A stretch of DNA of 64,000 nucleotides, from contig JADFYH010000003.1 in NCBI GenBank assembly GCA_015233135.1, forward strand, positions 43,021 through 107,020, read 5' to 3'. Every line of letters begins with the position of its first letter. The first letter of the stretch is position 1. This document shows positions 48,890 through 56,944 of this stretch, one piece after another. The notes under the pieces were generated by a model. The model was not told where the DNA came from. It made no database searches and worked only from the letters and a program-made list of their open reading frames with translations. The position numbers were made by a program, and so were the translations under genes. The DNA comes from Deltaproteobacteria bacterium. Lineage in GTDB: Bacteria; UBA10199; JADFYH01.

Positions 48890-51727
48890 TTAAAGGTCAT
48901 TCGAAAAGAAATCTGCGCCACTCCCTTTGGAAGATTTTGCCCCGCTGTTCACCCCACCAGGCACCGTTCCCATAAAATCTGCGGATTCAGCATCCCCCTG
49001 TACGGCCTCCAAGGGTTTTTGATACTGAGAAAGATCTATCCAGGAGGGGACCTTGAAATCTTTAGTAGGATATTTTTTGCTAGCCTCTTGCATGTAATAG
49101 AGCCAAATGGGCGCCGAGACATGGCCTCCCGTTTCTCCATGGCCAATCGATTTGATCTTTTCATCGTGTCCCACCCAAACTCCCGCTACCAAAGTGGGTG
49201 TATAGCCAATGAACCAGGCATCGGTGGAACCATTGGTGGTCCCGGTTTTCCCGGCGGCAGGTTTTCCCAAGGGAAGCACGGCCGTACCCGTACCGGATTT
49301 GACGATATCCTGCATGATGGAGACCATGGTAACCGCCGTGATGGGACTGATGACATGATCTTTGGGAATATAACTACCATACAAAATCTTCTTTTCATAC
49401 TCACTTAAAGTCAGCTGATCTTTGCTAATGGCTTCTTCCCCGCTTTTTACCAAATCGTCTCTGAACTGCATTTCGTCCCAGGGAATTTTATTATCCTCTG
49501 TTTTAGATTTTGATTCTGCCTTTGCAGTCTTGGCTTTGCTTTGAGATTCCGGGGCCGATTCGGCTTGAGACTCAGCGGTTTGGGTTTCAGGTTGAGACTC
49601 AGGGATGCTTGCTTTTCCCTGCCCCTCTTCTCCCTTGGCAGAATGAGAATCAACGGTAGAAAGCGCGGCACCAGCGTTCTGCTGTTTGCTTTCATCCCAG
49701 GTAATAATATATTTTTTTCCAGGATCTTTATGCTCTTCGATAATTTTATTTTTTGGGTCCACAATTTTTCTTACAAAATACAAGTCGGGTAAAATGCCAC
49801 CGGTAGCAAAAGTGCCGTAAGCCCGTGCCATCTCGGAAAGATAAACATCGTTCGCACCCAAGGCCATCGAGTAATATTTGAAAACGGGAGTACTGAGTCC
49901 CAATTTACGCATATAGGCTGTGATATAGTGGGTGCCAATGTCCATGGTGATACGTACAGTCACCACGTTCTTGGAATGCACCAAAGCGGAACGGAAGGTG
50001 GTGGCCCCCGAATATCCTCCTCCATAATTCTTGGGAGTCCAAAATTTTCCGGGGGATTCTTCGAACATCAAAGGGGAATCCTGGATGACCGTATTGGGTG
50101 TATATCCCTTGTCCAATGCGGCAGAATAGATAAGGGGCTTCACCGAGGAACCCGGTTGACGAACGGCCTGGGTGGCACGATTGAATTCACTCTTTAAATA
50201 ACTTACCCCGCCGACAATGGCCTTAATTTCGCCGCTGTAGGGCTCATAAGAAAAAAGTGCGCCTTCCAGATCGGGTTCCTGGTCGAGAGAAAAAAGAAGG
50301 GCGCTGGAAACTTCTTCACTGCTTCTGGTTTCGCTTTTAACCATTTCTTTTTTTGCTTCACCTTTTTTTGCAGCTTTTACTTTTTGATCGTCTTTGTTTT
50401 TTACTTCGGGCTTATTGTACAATTTTACCTGCACCACATCCCCTGGCTTGAGTTGATCGGCAGCCCCCGCCCAGTTTGTGCCTTCGGAGACAATGTTTCC
50501 TTTTTCATTGCCCACCATCACTTCAAAACCTTTTGTCCTGGATCCAGAGAGAATCACCGCATCGTAATATTTTCCTGCTTCAATGGGGGTTTTGAGTTGA
50601 AGCAGTTGATCTCTTTTTCGAGTTTGCTGATCTCCCAAGCCTGCTGCTTCTACTAACTTAATATGGTTTGCTTCATTGAACTGGTTGATCGCTTCAAGAT
50701 CATTTCCCAAGTGCTGTGAGGCGCCGCGGAATCCGTGACGATGATCGACTTCTCTCACCCCACGATCCACCGCATTTTGCGCAGCCCTCTGCATGTCTAA
50801 GTTGGTTGTGGTATAGATTTTCCATCCACTTTTGTAGAGGGCATCATTGCCATATTTGTCGGTCAGTGCGCGGCGGACATGTTCTACAAAATAGGGGGCG
50901 TATTGCAGATTGAAATCTTTGTCAGTTCCCGCGCGGTACAGGTTCAATTTATAGTTTTTTGCCTCCGCGGCCTCCTGCTTGGAAATAAAGCCCAATTCCA
51001 GCATGCGGTCGATGACATACCATTGGCGGGTTTTTGCTCGCTCCGGGTTTACCAGCGGATTGAATCCCGAAGGAGATTTTGAGAGCCCTGCAATCATGGC
51101 TACTTCAGCGACATTGAGTTCCTTTAAAGTTTTGTGAAAATAATTGCGGGCGGCAGCAGCAATTCCATAGGCGCGATTTCCTAAAAAGATCTGGTTGAGG
51201 TATAAGAACAGTATTTGATCCTTCGAAAATTTGCTTTCAATCTTTGTGGCCAGAATGGCCTCTTTTATTTTTCGGTCATAAGTTCTCTCCGGTGAGAGAA
51301 CCAAGGCCTTGGTCACCTGTTGGGTAATGGTGGACCCTCCCTGAACTACATGACCTGCCTTAAGGTTGGTGATGAACGCACGTAGTATTCCCATGGGATC
51401 TAATCCATGGTGTTCAAAAAAACGTTCATCTTCACTGGCTAAAAACCCCTTGATCACGCGGTCGGGAACTTCCTTGATGGGAGTGAGAAAACGGCATTCG
51501 CTCCAGAATTCACCAATTTTAAATCCCTCCGAATCAAATACTTCAGAGACCAAGGGAGGATTGTAATCTTCAATCCTATCCATTTTAGGAAGATCGCGAG
51601 AGAAAAACTGATAGGCTCCAATGGCGAAGGTTACACCCAGAATAAAAAGGAGTAGAAAAAACTTGAAGAAAAAAAGTGAGAGACGAACAAAAAAAGATCT
51701 TTTTGGCTTTTGTTTTTCAGACGTCAT
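48890..51727 (-). CDS. mrcA: Bifunctional penicillin-binding protein 1A (GT51 transglycosylase plus transpeptidase), with a low-complexity acidic insertion.
   Basis: Motifs EDERFFEHHGLD, GGSTITQQ, SSVKP (SxxK) and KTGTT. N-terminal TM. 945 aa. Confidence 0.9.
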   Translation of the reverse strand: MTSEKQKPKRSFFVRLSLFFFKFFLLLFILGVTFAIGAYQFFSRDLPKMDRIEDYNPPLVSEVFDSEGFKIGEFWSECRFLTPIKEVPDRVIKGFLASEDERFFEHHGLDPMGILRAFITNLKAGHVVQGGSTITQQVTKALVLSPERTYDRKIKEAILATKIESKFSKDQILFLYLNQIFLGNRAYGIAAAARNYFHKTLKELNVAEVAMIAGLSKSPSGFNPLVNPERAKTRQWYVIDRMLELGFISKQEAAEAKNYKLNLYRAGTDKDFNLQYAPYFVEHVRRALTDKYGNDALYKSGWKIYTTTNLDMQRAAQNAVDRGVREVDHRHGFRGASQHLGNDLEAINQFNEANHIKLVEAAGLGDQQTRKRDQLLQLKTPIEAGKYYDAVILSGSRTKGFEVMVGNEKGNIVSEGTNWAGAADQLKPGDVVQVKLYNKPEVKNKDDQKVKAAKKGEAKKEMVKSETRSSEEVSSALLFSLDQEPDLEGALFSYEPYSGEIKAIVGGVSYLKSEFNRATQAVRQPGSSVKPLIYSAALDKGYTPNTVIQDSPLMFEESPGKFWTPKNYGGGYSGATTFRSALVHSKNVVTVRITMDIGTHYITAYMRKLGLSTPVFKYYSMALGANDVYLSEMARAYGTFATGGILPDLYFVRKIVDPKNKIIEEHKDPGKKYIITWDESKQQNAGAALSTVDSHSAKGEEGQGKASIPESQPETQTAESQAESAPESQSKAKTAKAESKSKTEDNKIPWDEMQFRDDLVKSGEEAISKDQLTLSEYEKKILYGSYIPKDHVISPITAVTMVSIMQDIVKSGTGTAVLPLGKPAAGKTGTTNGSTDAWFIGYTPTLVAGVWVGHDEKIKSIGHGETGGHVSAPIWLYYMQEASKKYPTKDFKVPSWIDLSQYQKPLEAVQGDAESADFMGTVPGGVNSGAKSSKGSGADFFSNDL

Positions 51728-51912
51728 AAATTTACAAAAATCCTTTCCTTGTTTTTAAGAGAGTGGAAGTCTCTGTCACAGTGTCTTTGGAAGATCAAGC
51801 GCTCTTGTGCAGCGTAAGGATAAAAAAAAGGAAAAATCTTGACTCTTATTTTTTTTAAACGATAGCCTTGACTCCGTTTTTTGTAAGCAACCTCTGGATA
51901 AGGAGAGCTTGA

Positions 51913-52269
51913 ATGTTTAAAAAGACTCTTGCTGTGTTTACTCTTGGCGCTATCCTCGCATTCACAAGTCCTGCCTGTAAAAAGAAAGAGGTTCCCGAGG
52001 AAGGAATTAATTCTGAAGGAGCTGTCGCTCCCACCAAGGCGCCTGTTTCCCAAGATTTTCCTAAAATTCAAGGAAGTGTTGTCCCGGCAGCCCCTGTTAT
52101 TCCACCGCCCCCTCCTTCTGGTTTAAATATGCCCCCCAGTACGCCAGCTGTGCCGGGTTCCATGCCTTCTTCAGTTCCTTCAAACATTTCACCCCCACCC
52201 CCTCCTCCTCCCCCGGCAGCTATCCCGACCCTGACCACACCCACTCCACCCCATCCGGCAACTCCATAA
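51913..52269 (+). CDS. Proline-rich secreted protein or lipoprotein.
   Basis: Signal peptide MFKKTLAVFTLGAILAFTSPAC, then a Pro-rich region with PPPPPPPP runs. Confidence 0.45.
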   Translation: MFKKTLAVFTLGAILAFTSPACKKKEVPEEGINSEGAVAPTKAPVSQDFPKIQGSVVPAAPVIPPPPPSGLNMPPSTPAVPGSMPSSVPSNISPPPPPPPPAAIPTLTTPTPPHPATP

Positions 52270-52281
52270 CGATTTTTTTCT

Positions 52282-52608
52282 ATGAACTGTAAAAAATATA
52301 AAACAAAACAAACTCTTGTTTACATAGCGTTGTGTTTGGCCTTTTTTTTAATTCACTGCTCGGATCAAAAACAAATGTCCGAGCAGCAGGCCTATAGACC
52401 TGTGCCTTTAGTGCTTCCTCCCACCTCGGCTTCCATCGATTTGAGTAAGCTTCCTTCTCTTCCGACCACAGTTCCTGATACGCGGCCCGCTTCGCTCCCT
52501 GCAGAAAGCCAGGCGGAGTCTTTGCCGGAGTCCAGTCTGGCCAAGCCTACAAGTTCCACCACGTTGAGCATCTATGAACGATTAAAAAATGCGCCTCAAG
52601 CCTGGTAG
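52282..52608 (+). CDS. Hypothetical small secreted Pro/Ser/Thr-rich protein.
   Basis: Signal-peptide-like N-terminus, low-complexity body. Weak call. Confidence 0.35.
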   Translation: MNCKKYKTKQTLVYIALCLAFFLIHCSDQKQMSEQQAYRPVPLVLPPTSASIDLSKLPSLPTTVPDTRPASLPAESQAESLPESSLAKPTSSTTLSIYERLKNAPQAW

Positions 52609-53183
52609 AATAATAAACAATGGAATAAGGCCACCCCTAAGGGGACCAATAAGTTGTCAAGCTGTCCAACAGGCAGAGATTCCAGAAGGCATCCAAAGAG
52701 AGAAAGTGCGAGGGCTGGGTAGAAGCCGATGAGAAAAATCAGGCAGAGAAAGGCCGAAACGAAAAAGGTAAACGAGCCCACATAAGATTTCTTTTGGGAA
52801 TAAAAAATCTTATGTGTTCCAAAGCTCAGGCCCGCCCACGCGGCCGCGGCATCACTGACTACGATCAGCAGGGTTCCACACAGGGCCGAAATCATCGGGA
52901 GAAAAAGAAGCAGCAAAATAAGGCTGAGGGCCAAAAAAAAGGGGCCAAAATCAAACTGGGGAGATCGACGAAGTCTTGTGATGAGATCCGTCAAAAATGG
53001 GGTTTCCTTTTGAAAAATCCTTCTCATCAGATATTCGGCCGAATAAATCAAGAGAAGCAGTAGCAGTAAAACCACAGAGGTCTTGAGATAGAAGTTTCCT
53101 AAGAGAAGAAAAAACAGCGCAGGGAGATGAAGAAGTTTTCGGAAAAACTCTTTCTTAAAAACTGCTTTGGAAGAGCATTCCAT
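52596..53183 (-). CDS. Polyprenol (dolichol/phytol) kinase-like membrane protein of the CTP-transferase-1 superfamily.
   Basis: Polytopic membrane protein. VSDAAAAWAGLSFG and LPVGQLDNLLVPL resemble the conserved C-terminal motifs of the phosphatidate-cytidylyltransferase / polyprenol-kinase family. ORF extends to 53189. Confidence 0.45.
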   Translation of the reverse strand: MECSSKAVFKKEFFRKLLHLPALFFLLLGNFYLKTSVVLLLLLLLIYSAEYLMRRIFQKETPFLTDLITRLRRSPQFDFGPFFLALSLILLLLFLPMISALCGTLLIVVSDAAAAWAGLSFGTHKIFYSQKKSYVGSFTFFVSAFLCLIFLIGFYPALALSLFGCLLESLPVGQLDNLLVPLGVALFHCLLFYQA

Positions 53184-53934
53184 ATTCATTGGGAGAAATT
53201 TGAGGGGTTAAGCTGAAGTTGTGAAGTTTTTTATGATACTTCGCAGTTCCATATCCGATGACGGTTCCCAGCGTTGCTCCCATTAATACATCCGACAAAA
53301 AGTGATGATAAGAGTCTACGCGAGAGACTGCCACCAAACTTGAAAATAGATAGGCGGGGATCCCCGCCTTATACCCATACATTGATTGTAAGACAGCGGC
53401 CGAACCAAAACTTGCGCTCGTATGTGCAGAAGGAAAACCCCGGGAATCCCCATTGGGTCTGTCCCTTCCCACCGCGTATTTTAAACCCAGGCTCAAACTT
53501 TGAGTCCAAAAAAAAGTTTCAAGCAGACTTTCTCCTGTAGTGAGAAGTTTTTCATCATGAATTCCAGCGCCCACAGCGGTCACAACCAAACTTGCCCCAC
53601 CCCAAACGTAGGGTGAACCTGCAGTGCTGAGGACCGTATTGGCCTTGGAGCCTAATAAATCATTGGGTTGAAATTTGGATTGAAGATTATGATCGGTCTT
53701 GGTCAAGCCCACCGAAAGGCCCGTTCCCAAAAGAAATGCCAATCCTCCCCATCCCCAAAAACTTTCTTTCATGTCATAAGCCAAATGCTTGGGCAGGTCC
53801 GAAAAAAAGAAACGGGAGCCTGATTGAGATCGCTCTGCATAAGCTTGATCTTGACTTTCTTCCGCCTTCAACAAGCAAGGGAAGAATTGTTGGAGTGAGA
53901 AAATTCCAATGAATAAATAAATAATTTTTTTCAT
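53155..53934 (-). CDS. PAP2-family phosphatase (candidate undecaprenyl-diphosphate or lipid-phosphate phosphatase) with a signal peptide.
   Basis: All three PAP2 motifs: KYAVGRDRP, PSAHT and SRVDSYHHFLSDV. Confidence 0.8.
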   Translation of the reverse strand: MKKIIYLFIGIFSLQQFFPCLLKAEESQDQAYAERSQSGSRFFFSDLPKHLAYDMKESFWGWGGLAFLLGTGLSVGLTKTDHNLQSKFQPNDLLGSKANTVLSTAGSPYVWGGASLVVTAVGAGIHDEKLLTTGESLLETFFWTQSLSLGLKYAVGRDRPNGDSRGFPSAHTSASFGSAAVLQSMYGYKAGIPAYLFSSLVAVSRVDSYHHFLSDVLMGATLGTVIGYGTAKYHKKLHNFSLTPQISPNEYGMLFQSSF

Positions 53935-54133
53935 AGGCGCGCACAGATATCATCCCAAATTCTTTTCACAAGTAATAATTTTACTACTGTTAGATTCATT
54001 ACTCTTTAGAAAAGAAGTTTAAAAAAGAAAGATTGCGTGTTTTTTTTTCATCTGAAAAAAGACAAGCCGAAGTCCGCGAATAGGAGATAGGGTTATCACA
54101 ACGAGTAGTTCACAGAATGTGGAGTAATTCCCA

Positions 54134-55945
54134 ATGTCTTCCAAAATTATACAGCTCCCTCCCGAGATAGCCGAAAAAATTGCGGCGGGCGAAGTGGTCG
54201 AGCGGCCTTTGTCAGTCGTCAAAGAACTGGTCGAAAATAGTGTAGACGCCGGGGCCACGCGAATTGAGGTTTTTCTGGAAGAGGGGGGGAAGAAGCTCAT
54301 CCGGGTTCAGGACGATGGCATGGGTATGAATCCCAGCGAAATGCGGCTGGCCTTGCAAAGGCATGCAACCTCCAAAGTAAAAAGTCTTGAAGATCTTTTT
54401 GCTATTTCTACCCTGGGTTTTCGGGGAGAGGCCCTGCCTTCCCTGGCGGCCATCTCAAAATTCTGCTTACAAAGCCGCTCTCGAGAAGAAAACTCTTTTG
54501 CCTACGAGCTTTATCTGGAAGGGGGTAAATCGATTCACGAACGCGAAGTGGGGCATCCTTTTGGGACCACGATAGAAATCAGCGAACTTTTTTATAACAC
54601 CCCGGCACGACTGAAATTTCTCAAATCGAGTGAAACAGAATGGAACCATATCGAAGAATTCATCACCGCGATGGCCTTGGCTCATCCCGAAGTGCAATGG
54701 GTGGTACGTCATCAGGATAAAGAAAAAATTCGATATGTTCAAAAAGGGCTGCAAGATCGAATGCTCGAGGTGTGGGGGAAAGAGGTTTTTAGCGGATTTT
54801 ATCCCTTGTTGCAGGAACAGGGCGATTACAGTCTGCAAGGCTACATTGCGCATCCCAATCTTTCCAAATCACAGGCGCGCGGCCTGTATGTGTTTGTGAA
54901 TGGGCGTTGGGTAAAAGACCGTTTACTGAATCATGCGGTATCGACCGGCTATCGCAATTTACTGATGCAACATCAGTATCCGCTGGTGGTTTTATTTCTG
55001 AATCTGCCTGCTTCCGAGGTGGATGTGAATGTGCATCCTACCAAACGCGAAGTGCGTTTTGTGAAGACGCAGTTTGTGCACCATTTTATTTCGGAGGCAA
55101 TTCACGCGGAGTTGGTGAAGGCGCCGTGGGTGGAGAAGCAGTTGCCAGTAGATTCCTTTATCCCCCCTGAATCCCCCCTTAATAAGGGGGGGTGGGGGGG
55201 TGTTTCCAATTGGAAAAAAGAAAATTTCGATTCTCTTTCTTCCCAACGAAAAGCACAAAGTGAACTCGAGTGTTTGACCCCTCACCCTAACCCTCTCCCC
55301 CAAGGGGAGAGGGGACTGGGACGGGGAGTGGGGGAGCAAGTAGCAAAAGCCGGCGTGCTCCCCTTCGCCTCGCTCAAAATCATCGGCCAACTCAAGCTCA
55401 CCTACATTTTATGCGAGTCCGAACATCATCTCGTCCTCATTGATCAACACGCCGCCCACGAGCGTTTGGGGTATGAACAGATCAAAAAATCTTACGAAAA
55501 ACGAGAGCTCAAAAGCCAGAATCTTCTGGTGCCCGAACAGCTAAACCTGAAAGAATCTGAGCTGGAGCTGATTCGCCCTTATCAGGAAAAATTTGAAGAG
55601 CTGGGTTTGAGGGTTGAAGAATTTGGTAGAGATTGCCTGCTCGTGAAGGCCGTGCCAGAAATTTTGGGAAAGCTGGAGGTTAAAAAGTTGATTGAAAATA
55701 TTTTGGAAGATCTGAAAAATTTTCCTCAAAGTCGAAGGCTGGAAGAAAAGCTGGATCATCTCTTTGCAACCATGGCCTGTCACCGGCAGGTGCGGGCAGG
55801 GGATAAGCTGGCGAGGGAAGAAATGCAGGCCCTGATTTCTCAACTCGATGCCGAAGCGGTGCTCTATCACTGTCCCCACGGGCGTCCGCTGATGGTGCAG
55901 GTGTCTTATGCGGAGATTGAGAAGTGGTTTAAGAGGGTGCTGTAA
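54134..55945 (+). CDS. mutL: DNA mismatch repair protein MutL, with two palindromic-repeat insertions in-frame in the inter-domain linker.
   Basis: N-terminal GHKL ATPase: AIKELVENSVDAGAT-like VKELVENSVDAGATRIEV and DDGMGM. C-terminal dimerisation domain: IIGQLKLTYILCESEHHLVLIDQHAAHERL. The linker (around 55162..55340) encodes PPESPLNKGGWGG and PHPNPLPQGERGLGRGVG from the repeats. Confidence 0.9.
   Translation: MSSKIIQLPPEIAEKIAAGEVVERPLSVVKELVENSVDAGATRIEVFLEEGGKKLIRVQDDGMGMNPSEMRLALQRHATSKVKSLEDLFAISTLGFRGEALPSLAAISKFCLQSRSREENSFAYELYLEGGKSIHEREVGHPFGTTIEISELFYNTPARLKFLKSSETEWNHIEEFITAMALAHPEVQWVVRHQDKEKIRYVQKGLQDRMLEVWGKEVFSGFYPLLQEQGDYSLQGYIAHPNLSKSQARGLYVFVNGRWVKDRLLNHAVSTGYRNLLMQHQYPLVVLFLNLPASEVDVNVHPTKREVRFVKTQFVHHFISEAIHAELVKAPWVEKQLPVDSFIPPESPLNKGGWGGVSNWKKENFDSLSSQRKAQSELECLTPHPNPLPQGERGLGRGVGEQVAKAGVLPFASLKIIGQLKLTYILCESEHHLVLIDQHAAHERLGYEQIKKSYEKRELKSQNLLVPEQLNLKESELELIRPYQEKFEELGLRVEEFGRDCLLVKAVPEILGKLEVKKLIENILEDLKNFPQSRRLEEKLDHLFATMACHRQVRAGDKLAREEMQALISQLDAEAVLYHCPHGRPLMVQVSYAEIEKWFKRVL
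55162..55205. repeat. cccccTGA...cccccttaataaggggg-type palindromic repeat inside the mutL coding sequence.
   Basis: tcccccctgaatccccccttaataagggggggtggggggg. A sister copy lies at 55946..55990, just after the mutL stop. Confidence 0.65.
55278..55314. repeat. GC-rich palindromic repeat unit (the same family as the DUF559 cassette TIR) inside the mutL coding sequence.
   Basis: cccctcaccctaaccctctcccccaaggggagagggg, translated in frame as TPHPNPLPQGERG. Confidence 0.7.
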
Positions 55946-55990
55946 TCCCCCCAACCCCCCTTAATAAGGGGGAGAAATTCTGGGGGTAAA
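55946..55990. repeat. cccccttaataaggggg-type palindromic repeat in the mutL-miaA intergenic gap.
   Basis: tccccccaaccccccttaataagggggag. Confidence 0.65.
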
Positions 55991-55999
55991 GGTTAAAAT

Positions 56000-56932
56000 A
56001 TGCAAAAACTCCTCATCCTCTGTGGTCCTACCGGCATCGGTAAAACCGCGCTCTCTCTCGAAGTCGCTGAAAAAATGGGTGCCGAAATTATTGGGGCCGA
56101 TTCTCAAACAGTGTTGAAAGATTTTAACATTGGTACTGCAAAACCCTCGTCCGAAGAACAGGAGCGGGTTCCCCATCATCTGTTGGATGTCGTTTGTTTC
56201 AATGAAGTGTTTGATGCCGTTTCTTTCGTAAAACTGGCAGATGAGGCCATTGCAGCGGTGCGTTCAAAAAATAAGATTCCACTGATCTGTGGTGGCAGTG
56301 GTTTGTATTTAAAGGCCCTGGTTTATGGATTGATGGAGGCCCCCAAGCGGGATGTGGGCTTTCGAAAAGCGCTGGAAGAAAGAATAGAACAAGAAGGACT
56401 GCAAAATTTATATCAGGAATTGCAAACGATCGACGCCTTTCGTGCAGCGCAAATTCATCCCCACGATGCCCTGCGTATTATTCGCGCCCTGGAGTTGCAT
56501 CATCTGAGCGGACAGAAGCCCAGTGCGCTTTCCAGCGCCCATCAGTTCAGAGAGAAGCGCTATGAGACCTTAAAAATAGGACTGCGTCTGCCTTTGGAAG
56601 AGCTTTATGCCCGTATCAATGCGCGGGTGATAAAAATGTTGGAGGCGGGTTGGTTGACCGAGGTGCAAGGGCTATTAACTAAAGGTTACGATCTTCTGTA
56701 TTCCAAAACCCAAGCCTTGGGTTATAAAACTTTAGCCCTGCATTTAGAGGGGAAAATTTCTTTGGAGCAGGCGATTAAGCAAATTCAAAAAGAAACCCGC
56801 CACTACGCCAAGCGGCAAATGACCTGGTTTAGGGCTGATCCTGAAATTGTCTGGTTTCATCCTCAGGCGGTGGGTGAAATTTTAGAGAAAATTAATTTTT
56901 TCTTAGCAACATTTCTTGAAAGCCGTCGATAG
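56000..56932 (+). CDS. miaA: tRNA dimethylallyltransferase
   Basis: P-loop GPTGIGKT and the MiaA fold pattern. 310 aa. Confidence 0.9.
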   Translation: MQKLLILCGPTGIGKTALSLEVAEKMGAEIIGADSQTVLKDFNIGTAKPSSEEQERVPHHLLDVVCFNEVFDAVSFVKLADEAIAAVRSKNKIPLICGGSGLYLKALVYGLMEAPKRDVGFRKALEERIEQEGLQNLYQELQTIDAFRAAQIHPHDALRIIRALELHHLSGQKPSALSSAHQFREKRYETLKIGLRLPLEELYARINARVIKMLEAGWLTEVQGLLTKGYDLLYSKTQALGYKTLALHLEGKISLEQAIKQIQKETRHYAKRQMTWFRADPEIVWFHPQAVGEILEKINFFLATFLESRR

Positions 56933-56944
56933 GTTAGTTTCACT

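Noticed and set aside
48863-49408. ORF 48863..49408 (+), 181 aa, and other plus-strand ORFs across 49500..51100.
   Set aside because: Antisense to the strongly supported PBP1A gene. Their composition is typical of shadow ORFs.
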